Both the position numbers and the translations under genes were made by a program. Positions 32,551-41,609 of a stretch of DNA of 64,000 bases are shown one piece after another; position 1 is the first letter of the stretch; each line of letters opens with the position of its first letter. Below the pieces are notes generated by a model. That model saw only the letters and a list, made by a program, of their open reading frames with translations. It was not told where the DNA came from and ran no database searches. Source of the DNA: Gallionella sp. (lineage in GTDB: Bacteria > Pseudomonadota > Gammaproteobacteria > Burkholderiales > Gallionellaceae); the NCBI GenBank assembly GCA_041741275.1, contig JBGSKJ010000144.1, positions 1,259 to 65,258 on the forward strand, written 5' to 3'.

Positions 32551-32665
32551 TTCCGGGAAGGGTTAAAGGGAGAAAGGTTAAGGGGGAAGGGTTAAGGGTA
32601 AAACCGCACTCACTTAATTCGGAGAGGAGTTTTTACCCTTCCCTCTTCCCTCTTCTCCCTTCTCC
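32551..32665. repeat. GGGAAGG/CCTTCCC-armed intergenic hairpin (grpE-dnaK spacer)
   Basis: TTCCGGGAAGGGTTAAAGGGAGAAAGGTTAAGGGGGAAGGGTTAAGGGTAAAACCGC...TTTTACCCTTCCCTCTTCCCTCTTCTCCCTTCTCC. Begins 2 nt after the grpE stop. Confidence 0.85.
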
Positions 32666-32675
32666 ATATCAAGCA

Positions 32676-32703
32676 CTTGAAATATCCAGCGCCGCCCTGA
32701 TGT
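32676..32703 (+). promoter_or_regulatory. possible sigma32 promoter of dnaK (weaker -10)
   Basis: CTTGAAA (32676-32682), 12 nt, CCCTGATGT. The -35 element is perfect; the -10 element is only a partial match. Confidence 0.4.
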
Positions 32704-32777
32704 TAGGCGGCAAGACAACAAAAGTATTCAATCTTTAAGCATTCAACTGAAAGCCAATTTAATTGAAAGGATTCATC

Positions 32778-34706
32778 ATGGGAAAAATCATCGGTATCGA
32801 CCTGGGCACGACGAACTCTTGCGTGGCCATCATGGAAAACGGCAAGACCAAGGTGATCGAGAACGCCGAGGGCACGCGCACCACACCGTCCATCGTCGCC
32901 TACATGGAAGACGGAGAAGTGCTGGTCGGCGCGCCGGCCAAACGCCAGGCGGTGACCAACCCGAAGAACACGCTATACGGCGTGAAGCGCCTGATCGGCC
33001 GCCGCTTCGAGGAAAAGATGGTACAAAAGGACATCGATATGGTGCCGTACAACATCGTCAAGGCCAAGAATGGCGACGCATGGATCAAGGTGCGCGACAG
33101 GGAGATCTCCGCACCCGAGATTTCCGCGCAAGTGCTGGCCAAGATGAAGAAGACCGCCGAGGACTACCTTGGCGAACTGGTGACCGAAGCGGTCATCACC
33201 GTGCCTGCCTACTTCAACGATGCACAGCGCCAGGCCACCAAGGATGCCGGTCGCATCGCCGGACTGGAAGTGAAGCGCATCATCAACGAACCGACCGCGG
33301 CCGCGCTGGCGTTCGGACTGGACAAGCAGGAAGGCGACCGCAAGATCGCGGTGTATGACCTGGGCGGCGGCACCTTCGACATCTCCATCATCGACATCGC
33401 CGAGATCGAAGGCGAACACCAGTTCGAGGTGATGTCCACCAACGGCGACACCTTCCTCGGTGGCGAAGACTTCGACATGCGCGTGATCGAACATCTGGTT
33501 GAAGAGTTCAAGAAGGAAAGCGGCATCGACCTGAAAAAAGACATGCTGGCACTGCAACGCCTAAAGGACGCTGCGGAAAAAGCCAAGATCGAATTGTCTT
33601 CCGCGCAACAGACCGAAGTGAACCTGCCCTATATCACCGCGGATGCCAGCGGCCCGAAACACCTGGCGGTGAAGATCACCCGTGCCAAGCTGGAAAGCCT
33701 GGTCGAAGACCTGATCGCCCGCACCATCGAGCCGTGCAAGATCGCGATGAAGGATGCGGGTGTTTCCGCGTCCGACATCTCCGACGTGATCCTGGTCGGC
33801 GGCCAGACGCGCATGCCGATGGTGCAGGAAAAGGTCAGGGAATTCTTCGGCAAGGAAGCGCGCAAGGACGTGAACCCGGACGAAGCCGTGGCTGTCGGTG
33901 CGGCGATCCAGGGCGGCGTGCTGCAAGGTGAAGTCAAGGACGTGCTGCTGCTGGACGTGACCCCGTTGTCGCTGGGTATCGAAACCATGGGCGGCGTGAT
34001 GACCAAGCTGATCAAGAAGAACACCACGATCCCGACCAAGGCCTCGCAGGTGTTCTCCACGGCCGACGACAACCAGAACGCGGTGACCATACACGTGCTG
34101 CAGGGCGAGCGTGAGATCGTTTCCGGCAACAAGAGCCTGGGGCAGTTCAATCTATCCGACATTCCGCCCGCGCCGCGCGGCATGCCGCAGATCGAAGTGA
34201 CTTTCGACATCGATGCGAACGGCATCCTGCATGTGTCGGCGAAGGACAAGGCGACCGGCAAGGAGAACAAGATCAAGATCCAGGCCAGCTCCGGCTTGAG
34301 CGAAGCGGAGATCCAGCGCATGGTGCAGGACGCGGAAGCCAACGCCGAAGACGATCGCAAGGCGGTAGAGCTGGTGACCGCTCGCAACCAGCTCGACGCG
34401 TTGATCCACTCCACGCACAAATCGCTGAAGGAATATGGCGAGCACCTGAGTGCGGACGAAAAATCTGCCATCGAAGCCGCTTTGAAAGATGCCGAAGAAG
34501 CAGTGAAGGCCGACGACAAGGATGCCATCACGGCCAAGTCTGAAGCACTGGCGACCGCCGCACAAAAGCTGGGTGAAAAGATGTATGCAGCCGAGCAGGC
34601 CAAGGCGCAAGCCTCGGATGCGGGTGCAGCATCCGGCGCGGAAGCCAAGAAGGATGAAGGCGATGTGGTGGATGCCGAGTTCACCGAAGTAAAAGACAAG
34701 CCGTGA
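32778..34706 (+). CDS. dnaK: molecular chaperone DnaK (Hsp70)
   Basis: Start at the ATG giving [14 protein letters not shown]; full Hsp70 signature. Confidence 0.98.
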   Translation: MGKIIGIDLGTTNSCVAIMENGKTKVIENAEGTRTTPSIVAYMEDGEVLVGAPAKRQAVTNPKNTLYGVKRLIGRRFEEKMVQKDIDMVPYNIVKAKNGDAWIKVRDREISAPEISAQVLAKMKKTAEDYLGELVTEAVITVPAYFNDAQRQATKDAGRIAGLEVKRIINEPTAAALAFGLDKQEGDRKIAVYDLGGGTFDISIIDIAEIEGEHQFEVMSTNGDTFLGGEDFDMRVIEHLVEEFKKESGIDLKKDMLALQRLKDAAEKAKIELSSAQQTEVNLPYITADASGPKHLAVKITRAKLESLVEDLIARTIEPCKIAMKDAGVSASDISDVILVGGQTRMPMVQEKVREFFGKEARKDVNPDEAVAVGAAIQGGVLQGEVKDVLLLDVTPLSLGIETMGGVMTKLIKKNTTIPTKASQVFSTADDNQNAVTIHVLQGEREIVSGNKSLGQFNLSDIPPAPRGMPQIEVTFDIDANGILHVSAKDKATGKENKIKIQASSGLSEAEIQRMVQDAEANAEDDRKAVELVTARNQLDALIHSTHKSLKEYGEHLSADEKSAIEAALKDAEEAVKADDKDAITAKSEALATAAQKLGEKMYAAEQAKAQASDAGAASGAEAKKDEGDVVDAEFTEVKDKP

Positions 34707-34726
34707 AAAGTGAAAGGTGAAACGTG
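34703..34726. repeat. left (purine-rich) arm of the dnaK-dnaJ cassette
   Basis: GTGAAAAGTGAAAGGTGAAACGTG. Contains the dnaK stop TGA (34704-34706) and the GTG start of the enclosed ORF. Confidence 0.88.
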
Positions 34727-35080
34727 CGGCGCAATCACAAAGATTTGCGTGTATTGCAAAGTGCCATGCTACTGGTAGAGGACATCTACCGCCTCACATC
34801 CGCCTTTCCAAGGGAAGAACAATTTGGATTAACTTCGCAAATGCGCCGAGCGGCCGTTTCTGTTCCGTCAAATATAGCGGAAGGGTCGGCTCGAAGCGGC
34901 ACCAAGGAATTGCTTTACTTCCTTGGCGTAGCGACTGGTTCACTTGCTGAGCTCGACACCCAACTTGATCTTTCCATCCGTCTAAAATACTGCACTGACA
35001 TCACCTCTACCCAATCCAGGCTCGATGAGGTTTCAGCGCTCACACTAGCCCTTATGAAATCGCTCAAGGACAAGACATGA
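34724..35080 (+). CDS. four-helix-bundle protein (23S rRNA intervening-sequence protein family)
   Basis: 118 aa, GTG start. [16 protein letters not shown]...[24 protein letters not shown]...[17 protein letters not shown] matches my memory of this family. Lies in the loop of a long hairpin. Confidence 0.82.
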   Translation: MRRNHKDLRVLQSAMLLVEDIYRLTSAFPREEQFGLTSQMRRAAVSVPSNIAEGSARSGTKELLYFLGVATGSLAELDTQLDLSIRLKYCTDITSTQSRLDEVSALTLALMKSLKDKT

Positions 35081-35134
35081 AGCCGCAACTCGTTTGGTTT
35101 CGGCATAACGCGCTAAGCGCATTAGCCTCCACCG

Positions 35135-35159
35135 CAACAAGCCGCAACGCGGCTTGTTG
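35135..35159. other. perfect 11-bp hairpin CAACAAGCCGC-AAC-GCGGCTTGTTG inside the cassette
   Basis: Read directly from the sequence. No U-tract follows; the right arm of the cassette starts immediately after it. Confidence 0.8.
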
Positions 35160-35160
35160 T

Positions 35161-35200
35161 CACGTTTCACATTTCACATTTCACTTTTCACAGCTTTCAC
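35161..35200. repeat. right (pyrimidine-rich) arm of the dnaK-dnaJ cassette
   Basis: CACGTTTCACATTTCACATTTCACTTTTCACAGCTTTCAC, complementary to 34703-34726. Ends 4 nt before the dnaJ ATG. Confidence 0.88.
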
Positions 35201-35204
35201 AGCA

Positions 35205-36329
35205 ATGAACAAAAAAGACTACTACGAAGTCCTCGGCGTCAACCGCGACGCTTCTGACGAAGAGATCAAAAAAGCTTATCGCAAACTGGCGATGAAGCAT
35301 CATCCCGACCGCAATCCGGACAACCCCAAGTCCGAGGGACATTTCAAGGAAGCCAAGGAAGCCTACGAGATACTGAGCGACACACAGAAGCGTGCCGCTT
35401 ACGATCAGCATGGCCATGCCGCATTCGAGGGCGGAAGCAATCCGTTCGGTGCGGGAGGGGCAGGCGCGGCCGGATTCGATTTTTCCGACATCTTCGGCGA
35501 CATATTTGGCGGCGGGCGCGGAAATGCCGGACGCAGCAATGTGCAGCGCGGTGCCGACCTGCGCTACAACATGGAGATCACGCTGGAACAGGCCGCGCGC
35601 GGTACCGAGACACAGATCCGCGTGCCAACCATGGCGGAATGCGAAACCTGCAAGGGCACGGGCGCCAAACCCGGCACCAGCCCGACCACCTGCACCACCT
35701 GCACCGGGCATGGCCAGGTACGCATGCAGCAGGGGTTCTTTTCCATCCAGCAAACCTGTCCGCGCTGTCACGGCACCGGCAAGATGATCGCTTCGCCCTG
35801 CAAGGATTGCAATGGCATCGGTCGCATCAAGCAGCACAAAACGCTGTCGGTGAAAATTCCCGCTGGCGTGGACACCGACGACCGGATCCGCCTCTCCGGC
35901 GAGGGCGAACATGGCGCGAATGGCGGCCCCCCCGGCGATCTGTATGTGGTGATCCACACAAAACCGCATGCGGTGTTCCAGCGCGACCACAACGACCTGC
36001 ATTGCGAGATGCCGATCAGCTTCAGCACCGCCGCGCTCGGCGGTTCGATCGAGATCCCCACGCTGGACGGAGTGGCAACGATCAAGATCCCGGCCGAGAC
36101 CCAAAGCGGCAAGATATTCCGCCTGCGCGGCAAGGGCATCAAGGGCGTGCGCAGTTCCAGTCATGGCGACTTGCACTGCCACGTGGCGGTGGAGACACCG
36201 GTGAATCTGACCGAGCGCCAGAAGGAAATGCTACGCGAGTTTGAGGCTATCAACGACAAAGACAGCGAACGCCACAACCCGCGCGCAAAATCCTGGATGG
36301 ACAAGGTCAAAGACTTTTTTGCTTCGTAA
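35205..36329 (+). CDS. dnaJ: molecular chaperone DnaJ
   Basis: Start at the ATG giving [13 protein letters not shown]-domain HPD, G/F region, four CxxCxGxG repeats. Confidence 0.97.
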   Translation: MNKKDYYEVLGVNRDASDEEIKKAYRKLAMKHHPDRNPDNPKSEGHFKEAKEAYEILSDTQKRAAYDQHGHAAFEGGSNPFGAGGAGAAGFDFSDIFGDIFGGGRGNAGRSNVQRGADLRYNMEITLEQAARGTETQIRVPTMAECETCKGTGAKPGTSPTTCTTCTGHGQVRMQQGFFSIQQTCPRCHGTGKMIASPCKDCNGIGRIKQHKTLSVKIPAGVDTDDRIRLSGEGEHGANGGPPGDLYVVIHTKPHAVFQRDHNDLHCEMPISFSTAALGGSIEIPTLDGVATIKIPAETQSGKIFRLRGKGIKGVRSSSHGDLHCHVAVETPVNLTERQKEMLREFEAINDKDSERHNPRAKSWMDKVKDFFAS

Positions 36330-36350
36330 GCCTAAAGTCCTTGCGCAAAC

Positions 36351-36379
36351 AAAAACGCCTCGAACGGGGCGTTTTTTTT
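36351..36379. terminator. bidirectional rho-independent terminator between dnaJ and the convergent hydrolase gene
   Basis: AAAAACGCCTC GAAC GGGGCGTTTTTTTT. A-run and T-run flank a GC stem. Confidence 0.8.
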
Positions 36380-36393
36380 AATTCAACATGCGG

Positions 36394-37191
36394 CTACTTC
36401 TTAGCAAAAATTTCTTTCAAAAACACTGTCGCCTGCTGCCATGAATCCTTGTCGGCTTTTTCATTGTAGGCCAGCGGCAGCTTGAACTTCTTGCCTAGTT
36501 CATCCGCATCCTGATTGGAGAAAGAATGCTGCGCACCCGGATAGGTGACTACCCGATAGTTCGCTCCCGCAGCATCCATTTCCTTCTTGAAAGCTGCGAC
36601 GCTGTCCGCGTTTATCATCGGATCGGCTTCGCCGGAGAACGATACGATGCGCGCCTTGATCTTGCCGGGCTGGGCGGGACTGTCGGTGCCCAGTGAACCG
36701 TGGAAACTCGCCACACCCTTCAGGTCTTCACCCTGCCGCGCCATGTTCAGCACCACCCCGCCGCCGAAGCAATAGCCGATCGCGGCCAATTTTCCAGCAT
36801 CCACGGTCTTTTCCTTGCGCAACAAGTTCATGCCGGCCTCGAAGCGCGCCTTGGCCATCGGCATGTTCTTGCTCACCTCGGTGGCGAACTTGCCGGCATC
36901 ATCGGGATGATGAGCCTGCTTGCCGTCGCCATACATGTCCACGGCCAGGGCGGTATAGCCAAGTTTCGCCAGCATGCGTGCCCGCTTGCGCGCATACTCG
37001 TTGTGCCCCCACCACTCATGCACCACCAGCACGGCAGGGCGCTTGCCCTTGAAGGCATCGTCATAGGCGATATAACCCTTGAGGGTGACTCCTTCCGCCT
37101 GATAATTGACTTCCTTGCCATGGACAGCTGCCTGCGCCGCCGTACCCATCAGGCACCATAACGACATCACCACCAAGAATTTTTTCATCAT
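36394..37191 (-). CDS. dienelactone hydrolase family protein (secreted)
   Basis: Start at MMKKFLVVMSLWCLMGTAAQA (signal peptide, GGAGG upstream). GYCFGG nucleophile elbow. Confidence 0.85.
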   Translation of the reverse strand: MMKKFLVVMSLWCLMGTAAQAAVHGKEVNYQAEGVTLKGYIAYDDAFKGKRPAVLVVHEWWGHNEYARKRARMLAKLGYTALAVDMYGDGKQAHHPDDAGKFATEVSKNMPMAKARFEAGMNLLRKEKTVDAGKLAAIGYCFGGGVVLNMARQGEDLKGVASFHGSLGTDSPAQPGKIKARIVSFSGEADPMINADSVAAFKKEMDAAGANYRVVTYPGAQHSFSNQDADELGKKFKLPLAYNEKADKDSWQQATVFLKEIFAKK

Positions 37192-37260
37192 CACTCCTCC
37201 TTGCGTAGAAAAAGACCTCAACCCGTCCGGCCCTGCGCGGACACCGTGATCACACGGCAT

Positions 37261-37566
37261 TCAGACCACTCCGGCTTGCACCGTCTGCTTCACATAAAAC
37301 ACCTTCAATTTTTGCATGCGCAATTCATTCAGCAACTGCTCGGCAAGCGCATCATCCAGGATGAACTCGACCTTGACCGCCAGTTCCCCGGCCAGCTCGA
37401 AGAAAGTATCCTCGTGCATCTTCCCATGCCGGCCGAACCCGGCAATGGCGCGAAACGCCGACCCGCCCTGCACACCCAGCCCCTTCGCTTTTTCCAGCAA
37501 CCATTCATACAGCGGCTTGCCGTCATGATGTTGCTTTTCACTGATGTAGAACGAAAGCAGGTTCAT
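37261..37566 (-). CDS. DUF190 family protein (PII-like fold, commonly found next to crcB)
   Basis: 101 aa; GGSAFRAIAGFGRHGKMH motif; directly downstream of crcB. Confidence 0.78.
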   Translation of the reverse strand: MNLLSFYISEKQHHDGKPLYEWLLEKAKGLGVQGGSAFRAIAGFGRHGKMHEDTFFELAGELAVKVEFILDDALAEQLLNELRMQKLKVFYVKQTVQAGVV

Positions 37567-37576
37567 GATCGCGCCC

Positions 37577-37960
37577 CTAAGTATTAAACCATTTGAAAGT
37601 CTGTATCCCGAGTACCGTCATCAGCAGCGAACCACCCAGATGGGTGACGATGATCGCCGAGCCCCAGGCGTACTGGCCGCGCAGCAACAGCGTGACGGTC
37701 TCTGCCGAAAAGGTCGAGAAGGTCGTCAGCCCGCCGAGGAAACCGGTGATGATCAACAGCCGCCATTCCGTGGACATGCCGGGGTACTGCGTAAAAAATG
37801 CGACCGCGAGGCCGACCAGATAGCCGCCGACCAGATTGGCGGTCAGCGTGCCCAGCGGCAACTCGGGCAGCGCCGGATTGAGCCACAGCCCCATGCCCCA
37901 GCGCAGCCATGCACCGAAAGCCGCACCGGTACCGACGGCAAGAAATGAATAGATCAGCAT
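37577..37960 (-). CDS. crcB: fluoride ion channel CrcB/FluC
   Basis: 127 aa, 4 TM; motifs GTLTANLVG and [12 protein letters not shown]. Confidence 0.92.
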   Translation of the reverse strand: MLIYSFLAVGTGAAFGAWLRWGMGLWLNPALPELPLGTLTANLVGGYLVGLAVAFFTQYPGMSTEWRLLIITGFLGGLTTFSTFSAETVTLLLRGQYAWGSAIIVTHLGGSLLMTVLGIQTFKWFNT

Positions 37961-37969
37961 GCGTTCATT

Positions 37970-39184
37970 CTAACCGACCACCCGCACAACCGCGAAGCCG
38001 CCGCCCGGCGTGCGGAAGTTGGTGGTCTGGCCCTGGTACAGCCTTGCCGCAACCAGTTGTATCTGCCCGTCGTAGACATAACAACGCACGTCGTACTTGA
38101 GCGGCACAGCTTCGGCATCATTCACGCATACGCTGCGCTCCCCCGGCACGGCCATTTTTTGCGCGACATAGTCGGACTGCAATATCTCGGAGAACACCCG
38201 TTTGGTCAGTTTCTCGCCGCGATACGCGCCCTTGCTGCCATAACCGCTGTTCGGCTTGAAGAACCATTGTTTCCGCTCCGCCCACAGCACCTGTTCCATC
38301 TCTGGTCGCACGACTATGGTATGCGGCACACCCGTTTGCAGAATCGCGATGTCGGCTTCATTAACACCCAGCAAACGCAAGCCTTCCGCATTGCTCAGCC
38401 GCGCCAGATTGCGCTTGTCGGCGTAGCAGGCATAGTGCGCGGGATCCGGCGTCAGCACCACGCGCCCGTCCAGATACGCCTTCAGCAATACGGGATGCTG
38501 TTGCAGGGAAAAATCCGTCAGCCGGTTGTATAACAGATCGATCTTCATTTCCTCGAAATACAAGCCGTCATCGCGCTCCTGCAGTGCAGAGGGATCGACG
38601 ATGCGCACAGCGATGCCCGCAGACTCGAACATTTTTTTTGCCCGCAGGAATTCGGGATAGAGATATTGCCCTTCCGGTTGTTCGTCCACGATGGCGATGG
38701 TTTTGAGCGGTGCATCGCCGCGCACCAAACGCCACTCGTTCCGGAACATCGCAAGAAAAGTTTGATCGAGATCGTCCGCACCTACTGCTGAACCCGGCAA
38801 TCCTGCATCGCGCTGGCTGTCGATCAGCATCGCGTTGAGAAAAGCACCGCCCGCATTGGAGTTGATCTCGATCAGGTGCGCGCCCTGTTCGTTGAGGTGG
38901 AAGTCGTAGCCATAAAAAACGCCCAGGGCAGAATGATGGTCGTTATTAGTGGCATCCTCCCATCCGGGCAATTTCACCACCCGCTCCACTGCCTCTATCA
39001 CCGCGCGCATCTGCTGCAACTGTGCAGTGCCGATGAAAACCGGGACATCAGCGAAAAGATGCGGGCAGCGTTCCTGCACCAGGCTATGCCACGACTCACC
39101 CTGCGCCAGCATCGCTTGCTTCAGTGCGGCATGATTCAATCCGGCCGCATGACAATCTGCGTTCAGACTATCCGCTTTGTTCAC
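37970..39184 (-). CDS. ATP-grasp superfamily protein with apparently permuted motif order (function unknown)
   Basis: 404 aa, GTG start overlapping the upstream stop by 1 nt. A Mg/ATP-type LIEINSNAGG motif lies near residue 105, KPNSGYGSKGAY near residue 315, and the C-terminus is QGQTTNFRTPGGGFAVV. Confidence 0.65.
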   Translation of the reverse strand: MNKADSLNADCHAAGLNHAALKQAMLAQGESWHSLVQERCPHLFADVPVFIGTAQLQQMRAVIEAVERVVKLPGWEDATNNDHHSALGVFYGYDFHLNEQGAHLIEINSNAGGAFLNAMLIDSQRDAGLPGSAVGADDLDQTFLAMFRNEWRLVRGDAPLKTIAIVDEQPEGQYLYPEFLRAKKMFESAGIAVRIVDPSALQERDDGLYFEEMKIDLLYNRLTDFSLQQHPVLLKAYLDGRVVLTPDPAHYACYADKRNLARLSNAEGLRLLGVNEADIAILQTGVPHTIVVRPEMEQVLWAERKQWFFKPNSGYGSKGAYRGEKLTKRVFSEILQSDYVAQKMAVPGERSVCVNDAEAVPLKYDVRCYVYDGQIQLVAARLYQGQTTNFRTPGGGFAVVRVVG

Positions 39185-39750
39185 TACCGGCCCAGCAACT
39201 TCAGTTTGAGGTCGTCCTGGGCCGGCTTGTCGCCCAGCCAGATCTTCAGCAGCGCGGTATTGAATGCCCCGCCTGCGATCGTGCCCTTGAGCACGCTGTT
39301 CACGCTGATCTGCGTGCCGCGGCTAGCCTGATAATCCAGCGTGATGATATCGCCCTTTTTTACCTCTTTCATCGCGATGAAGATCGCGCTGAATTGCTTG
39401 ATCGACGCATCAAGGCTGGCCAGTTCGGCCGGCGTGTGATTGGCCAACAAGGCCTTGTTGAATGCGCTGAACAAACTGTCTGCACTGATATCGCGTAACA
39501 AATGCAGGGCTATACGCTTTTCGCCGCTATCGGCCAGCACCGCCTCCGCGCTGGATTTCTTGTCAACCAGATACAGCGCCGCGATATACAGATCCAGGAA
39601 GAACTTGCTGCGCACCCCCGCGCCGTTCAGCACCAGGTCACGGCTGCCAAGATAGACCGTGTCCGGCAGCTTGACCCATGAGACGTCGGCAGCTTGCGCC
39701 AGAGTGGACAGAAACAGCAATACGGCCAATAAGATCTTTTTCATCATCAT
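39184..39750 (-). CDS. chalcone isomerase-like (CHI-fold) periplasmic protein
   Basis: Start at MMMKKILLAVLLFLSTLAQA (signal peptide). LVLNGAGVRSKFFLDLYIAALYL...KGDIITLDY...LLKIWLGDKPAQDDLKLKLLG matches bacterial CHI-like proteins. Confidence 0.8.
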   Translation of the reverse strand: MMMKKILLAVLLFLSTLAQAADVSWVKLPDTVYLGSRDLVLNGAGVRSKFFLDLYIAALYLVDKKSSAEAVLADSGEKRIALHLLRDISADSLFSAFNKALLANHTPAELASLDASIKQFSAIFIAMKEVKKGDIITLDYQASRGTQISVNSVLKGTIAGGAFNTALLKIWLGDKPAQDDLKLKLLGR

Positions 39751-39754
39751 TTTC

Positions 39755-40951
39755 CTATAGCGATTCAAATATTCCTGCCGCACCCATCCCGGTTCCTATG
39801 CACATCGTCACCATGCCGTACTTAAGTTTGCGGCGGCGCAGTCCGTGCAGCAGCGTAGCGGTGCGAATCGCACCGGTCGCGCCGAGCGGATGGCCCAATG
39901 CGATCGCGCCGCCGAGCGGGTTGACGATAGTCGGGTCAAGACCGACATCCCCGATCACCGCCAGCGATTGCGCGGCAAAGGCCTCATTGAGCTCGATCCA
40001 GCCCATGTCTTTCAGGCTCAAGCCCACTTGCTTCAATGCGCGCGGGATGGCTTCCTTCGGGCCGATGCCCATGATCTCCGGCGGCACGCCCGCCACGCTG
40101 AAGCCCATGAATCTTCCGATGGGCGTGAGGTTGTAGCGCTTCAACGCGGACTCGCTGCACAACAACACCGCGCCTGCGCCGTCCGACATCTGCGAACTGT
40201 TGCCCGCCGTCACCGAGCCTTTCAGCGCGAACACCGTCTTGAGTTTGCCCAGCGCTTCGAGAGAGGTATCCCCACGCGGGCCTTCGTCTTGCGCCGCCTC
40301 GCGCGTTTTCACCTTGACCTCGCGGCTGCCCATGTCCGGCAGATGCTCAGTGATCCGGTACGGCGTGATCTCGTCTTCGAATTCGCCATTATTGATCGCG
40401 GAGAGCGCGCGCAGATGGCTCTGCAACGCGAACGCATCCTGCGCATCGCGCGACACATGCCATTGCTCGGCCACTTTCTCCGCCGTCAGTCCCATGCCGT
40501 AGGCGATGCCGACATGCTCGTTCTCGAAGATGGCCGGATTGAACGCGATCTTGTTGCCCATCATCGGCACCATGCTCATGCTTTCCACGCCCGCCGCCAG
40601 CATCACTTCGGCCTCGCCGAGCCGGATGCGATCCGCCGCCAGTGCCACCGCCTGCAAACCGGAGGAGCAGAAACGATTCACCGTCAGCCCCGGCACCGTG
40701 TTCGGCAACCCGGCCAGCAGCAACGCGATGCGCGCCACATTCATGCCCTGCTCCGCCTCCGGCATCGCACAGCCGACGATCACATCGCCGATGCTGGCCG
40801 GATCGAGGGACGGCGCTTGTGCCAGCACGCTCTTCAACACATGCGCCAGCAGATCATCGGGACGGGTGTTGCGGAACATGCCGCGCGGCGCCTTGCCGAC
40901 CGGCGTGCGTGTCGCGGCGACGATGTAGGCTTCCTGGACTTGTTTGGTCAT
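39755..40951 (-). CDS. fadA: acetyl-CoA C-acyltransferase (3-ketoacyl-CoA thiolase)
   Basis: 398 aa; thiolase motifs NRFCSSGLQA, NEAFAAQ, GGAIALGHPLGATG. Confidence 0.95.
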   Translation of the reverse strand: MTKQVQEAYIVAATRTPVGKAPRGMFRNTRPDDLLAHVLKSVLAQAPSLDPASIGDVIVGCAMPEAEQGMNVARIALLLAGLPNTVPGLTVNRFCSSGLQAVALAADRIRLGEAEVMLAAGVESMSMVPMMGNKIAFNPAIFENEHVGIAYGMGLTAEKVAEQWHVSRDAQDAFALQSHLRALSAINNGEFEDEITPYRITEHLPDMGSREVKVKTREAAQDEGPRGDTSLEALGKLKTVFALKGSVTAGNSSQMSDGAGAVLLCSESALKRYNLTPIGRFMGFSVAGVPPEIMGIGPKEAIPRALKQVGLSLKDMGWIELNEAFAAQSLAVIGDVGLDPTIVNPLGGAIALGHPLGATGAIRTATLLHGLRRRKLKYGMVTMCIGTGMGAAGIFESL

Positions 40952-40953
40952 GG

Positions 40954-41598
40954 CTACCTCTCAATATTGTGTGAATGGGATTCTTGGGGCGTGTTGCCAT
41001 ACGCCCCTACGGATAATGGATGCAACGAATCTTCCATCCATTGCTGCGGATTGTTGGCAACATATTCGACAATACGATTGTAATCCGCATCGTCACGGAT
41101 GATGTGTTCATAATAATTGCGCTGCCATACCGGAGCGCCGGGCGTATTACGAATTTGATTGATGCGCCTGCTTGCTGCACCCTTAAAACCACGCACCATT
41201 GCCCCAACATTGCGCGATGGCGACGTAGGGGCGTATGGCAATACGCCCTTTTCGCATGGCAATACGCTCCTGTTGTGGGAATACGCCTTATTCTGTTCAT
41301 CGCGGGAAATTGGCGTATTGCCATACGCCCCTACGATGTGGATGATGCCGTGAAAATGATTCGGCATCACCACAAATTCACCGCATTCGATTTCCAATCG
41401 AACCTCCGCCGACCTCAACCATTCAGACACCACGATTTCCCCGTACTCGTTCAATCGCATAACACCGCTTTCGATTTCACCAAACAAACATGCCTTGCCA
41501 TAAGCGCAAATAGTCACAAAATACGCCCCCGCTTGCAAATAATCGCACCCCTTCAAACGAAGGCTGCGACGGTGATGCTCGTTTGGTTGATCGGGCAT
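40954..41598 (-). CDS. REP-associated tyrosine transposase (RAYT, IS200/IS605-like Y1 HUH family)
   Basis: 214 aa; HUH motif MPNHFHGIIHI and catalytic-Tyr region QRNYYEHIIRD. Flanked by, and containing, GTAG-headed REP hairpins. Confidence 0.85.
   Translation of the reverse strand: MPDQPNEHHRRSLRLKGCDYLQAGAYFVTICAYGKACLFGEIESGVMRLNEYGEIVVSEWLRSAEVRLEIECGEFVVMPNHFHGIIHIVGAYGNTPISRDEQNKAYSHNRSVLPCEKGVLPYAPTSPSRNVGAMVRGFKGAASRRINQIRNTPGAPVWQRNYYEHIIRDDADYNRIVEYVANNPQQWMEDSLHPLSVGAYGNTPQESHSHNIER
41225..41334. repeat. inverted REP doublet (REPIN-like) lying inside the RAYT reading frame
   Basis: GTAGGGGCGTATGGCAATACGCCC ... GGCGTATTGCCATACGCCCCTAC. Translated as VGAYGNTP...GVLPYAPT. Confidence 0.85.
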
Positions 41599-41609
41599 GT
41601 TTGTCTCCC

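Noticed and set aside
34724-35080. Four-helix-bundle protein as the Avd component of a diversity-generating retroelement
   Set aside because: There is no reverse transcriptase ORF, and no template/variable repeat pair anywhere in the window. The context is a hairpin cassette instead.
37961-37969. Expected fluoride riboswitch upstream of crcB
   Set aside because: Only 9 nt separate crcB from the preceding stop codon, so there is no space for the roughly 50-nt crcB motif.
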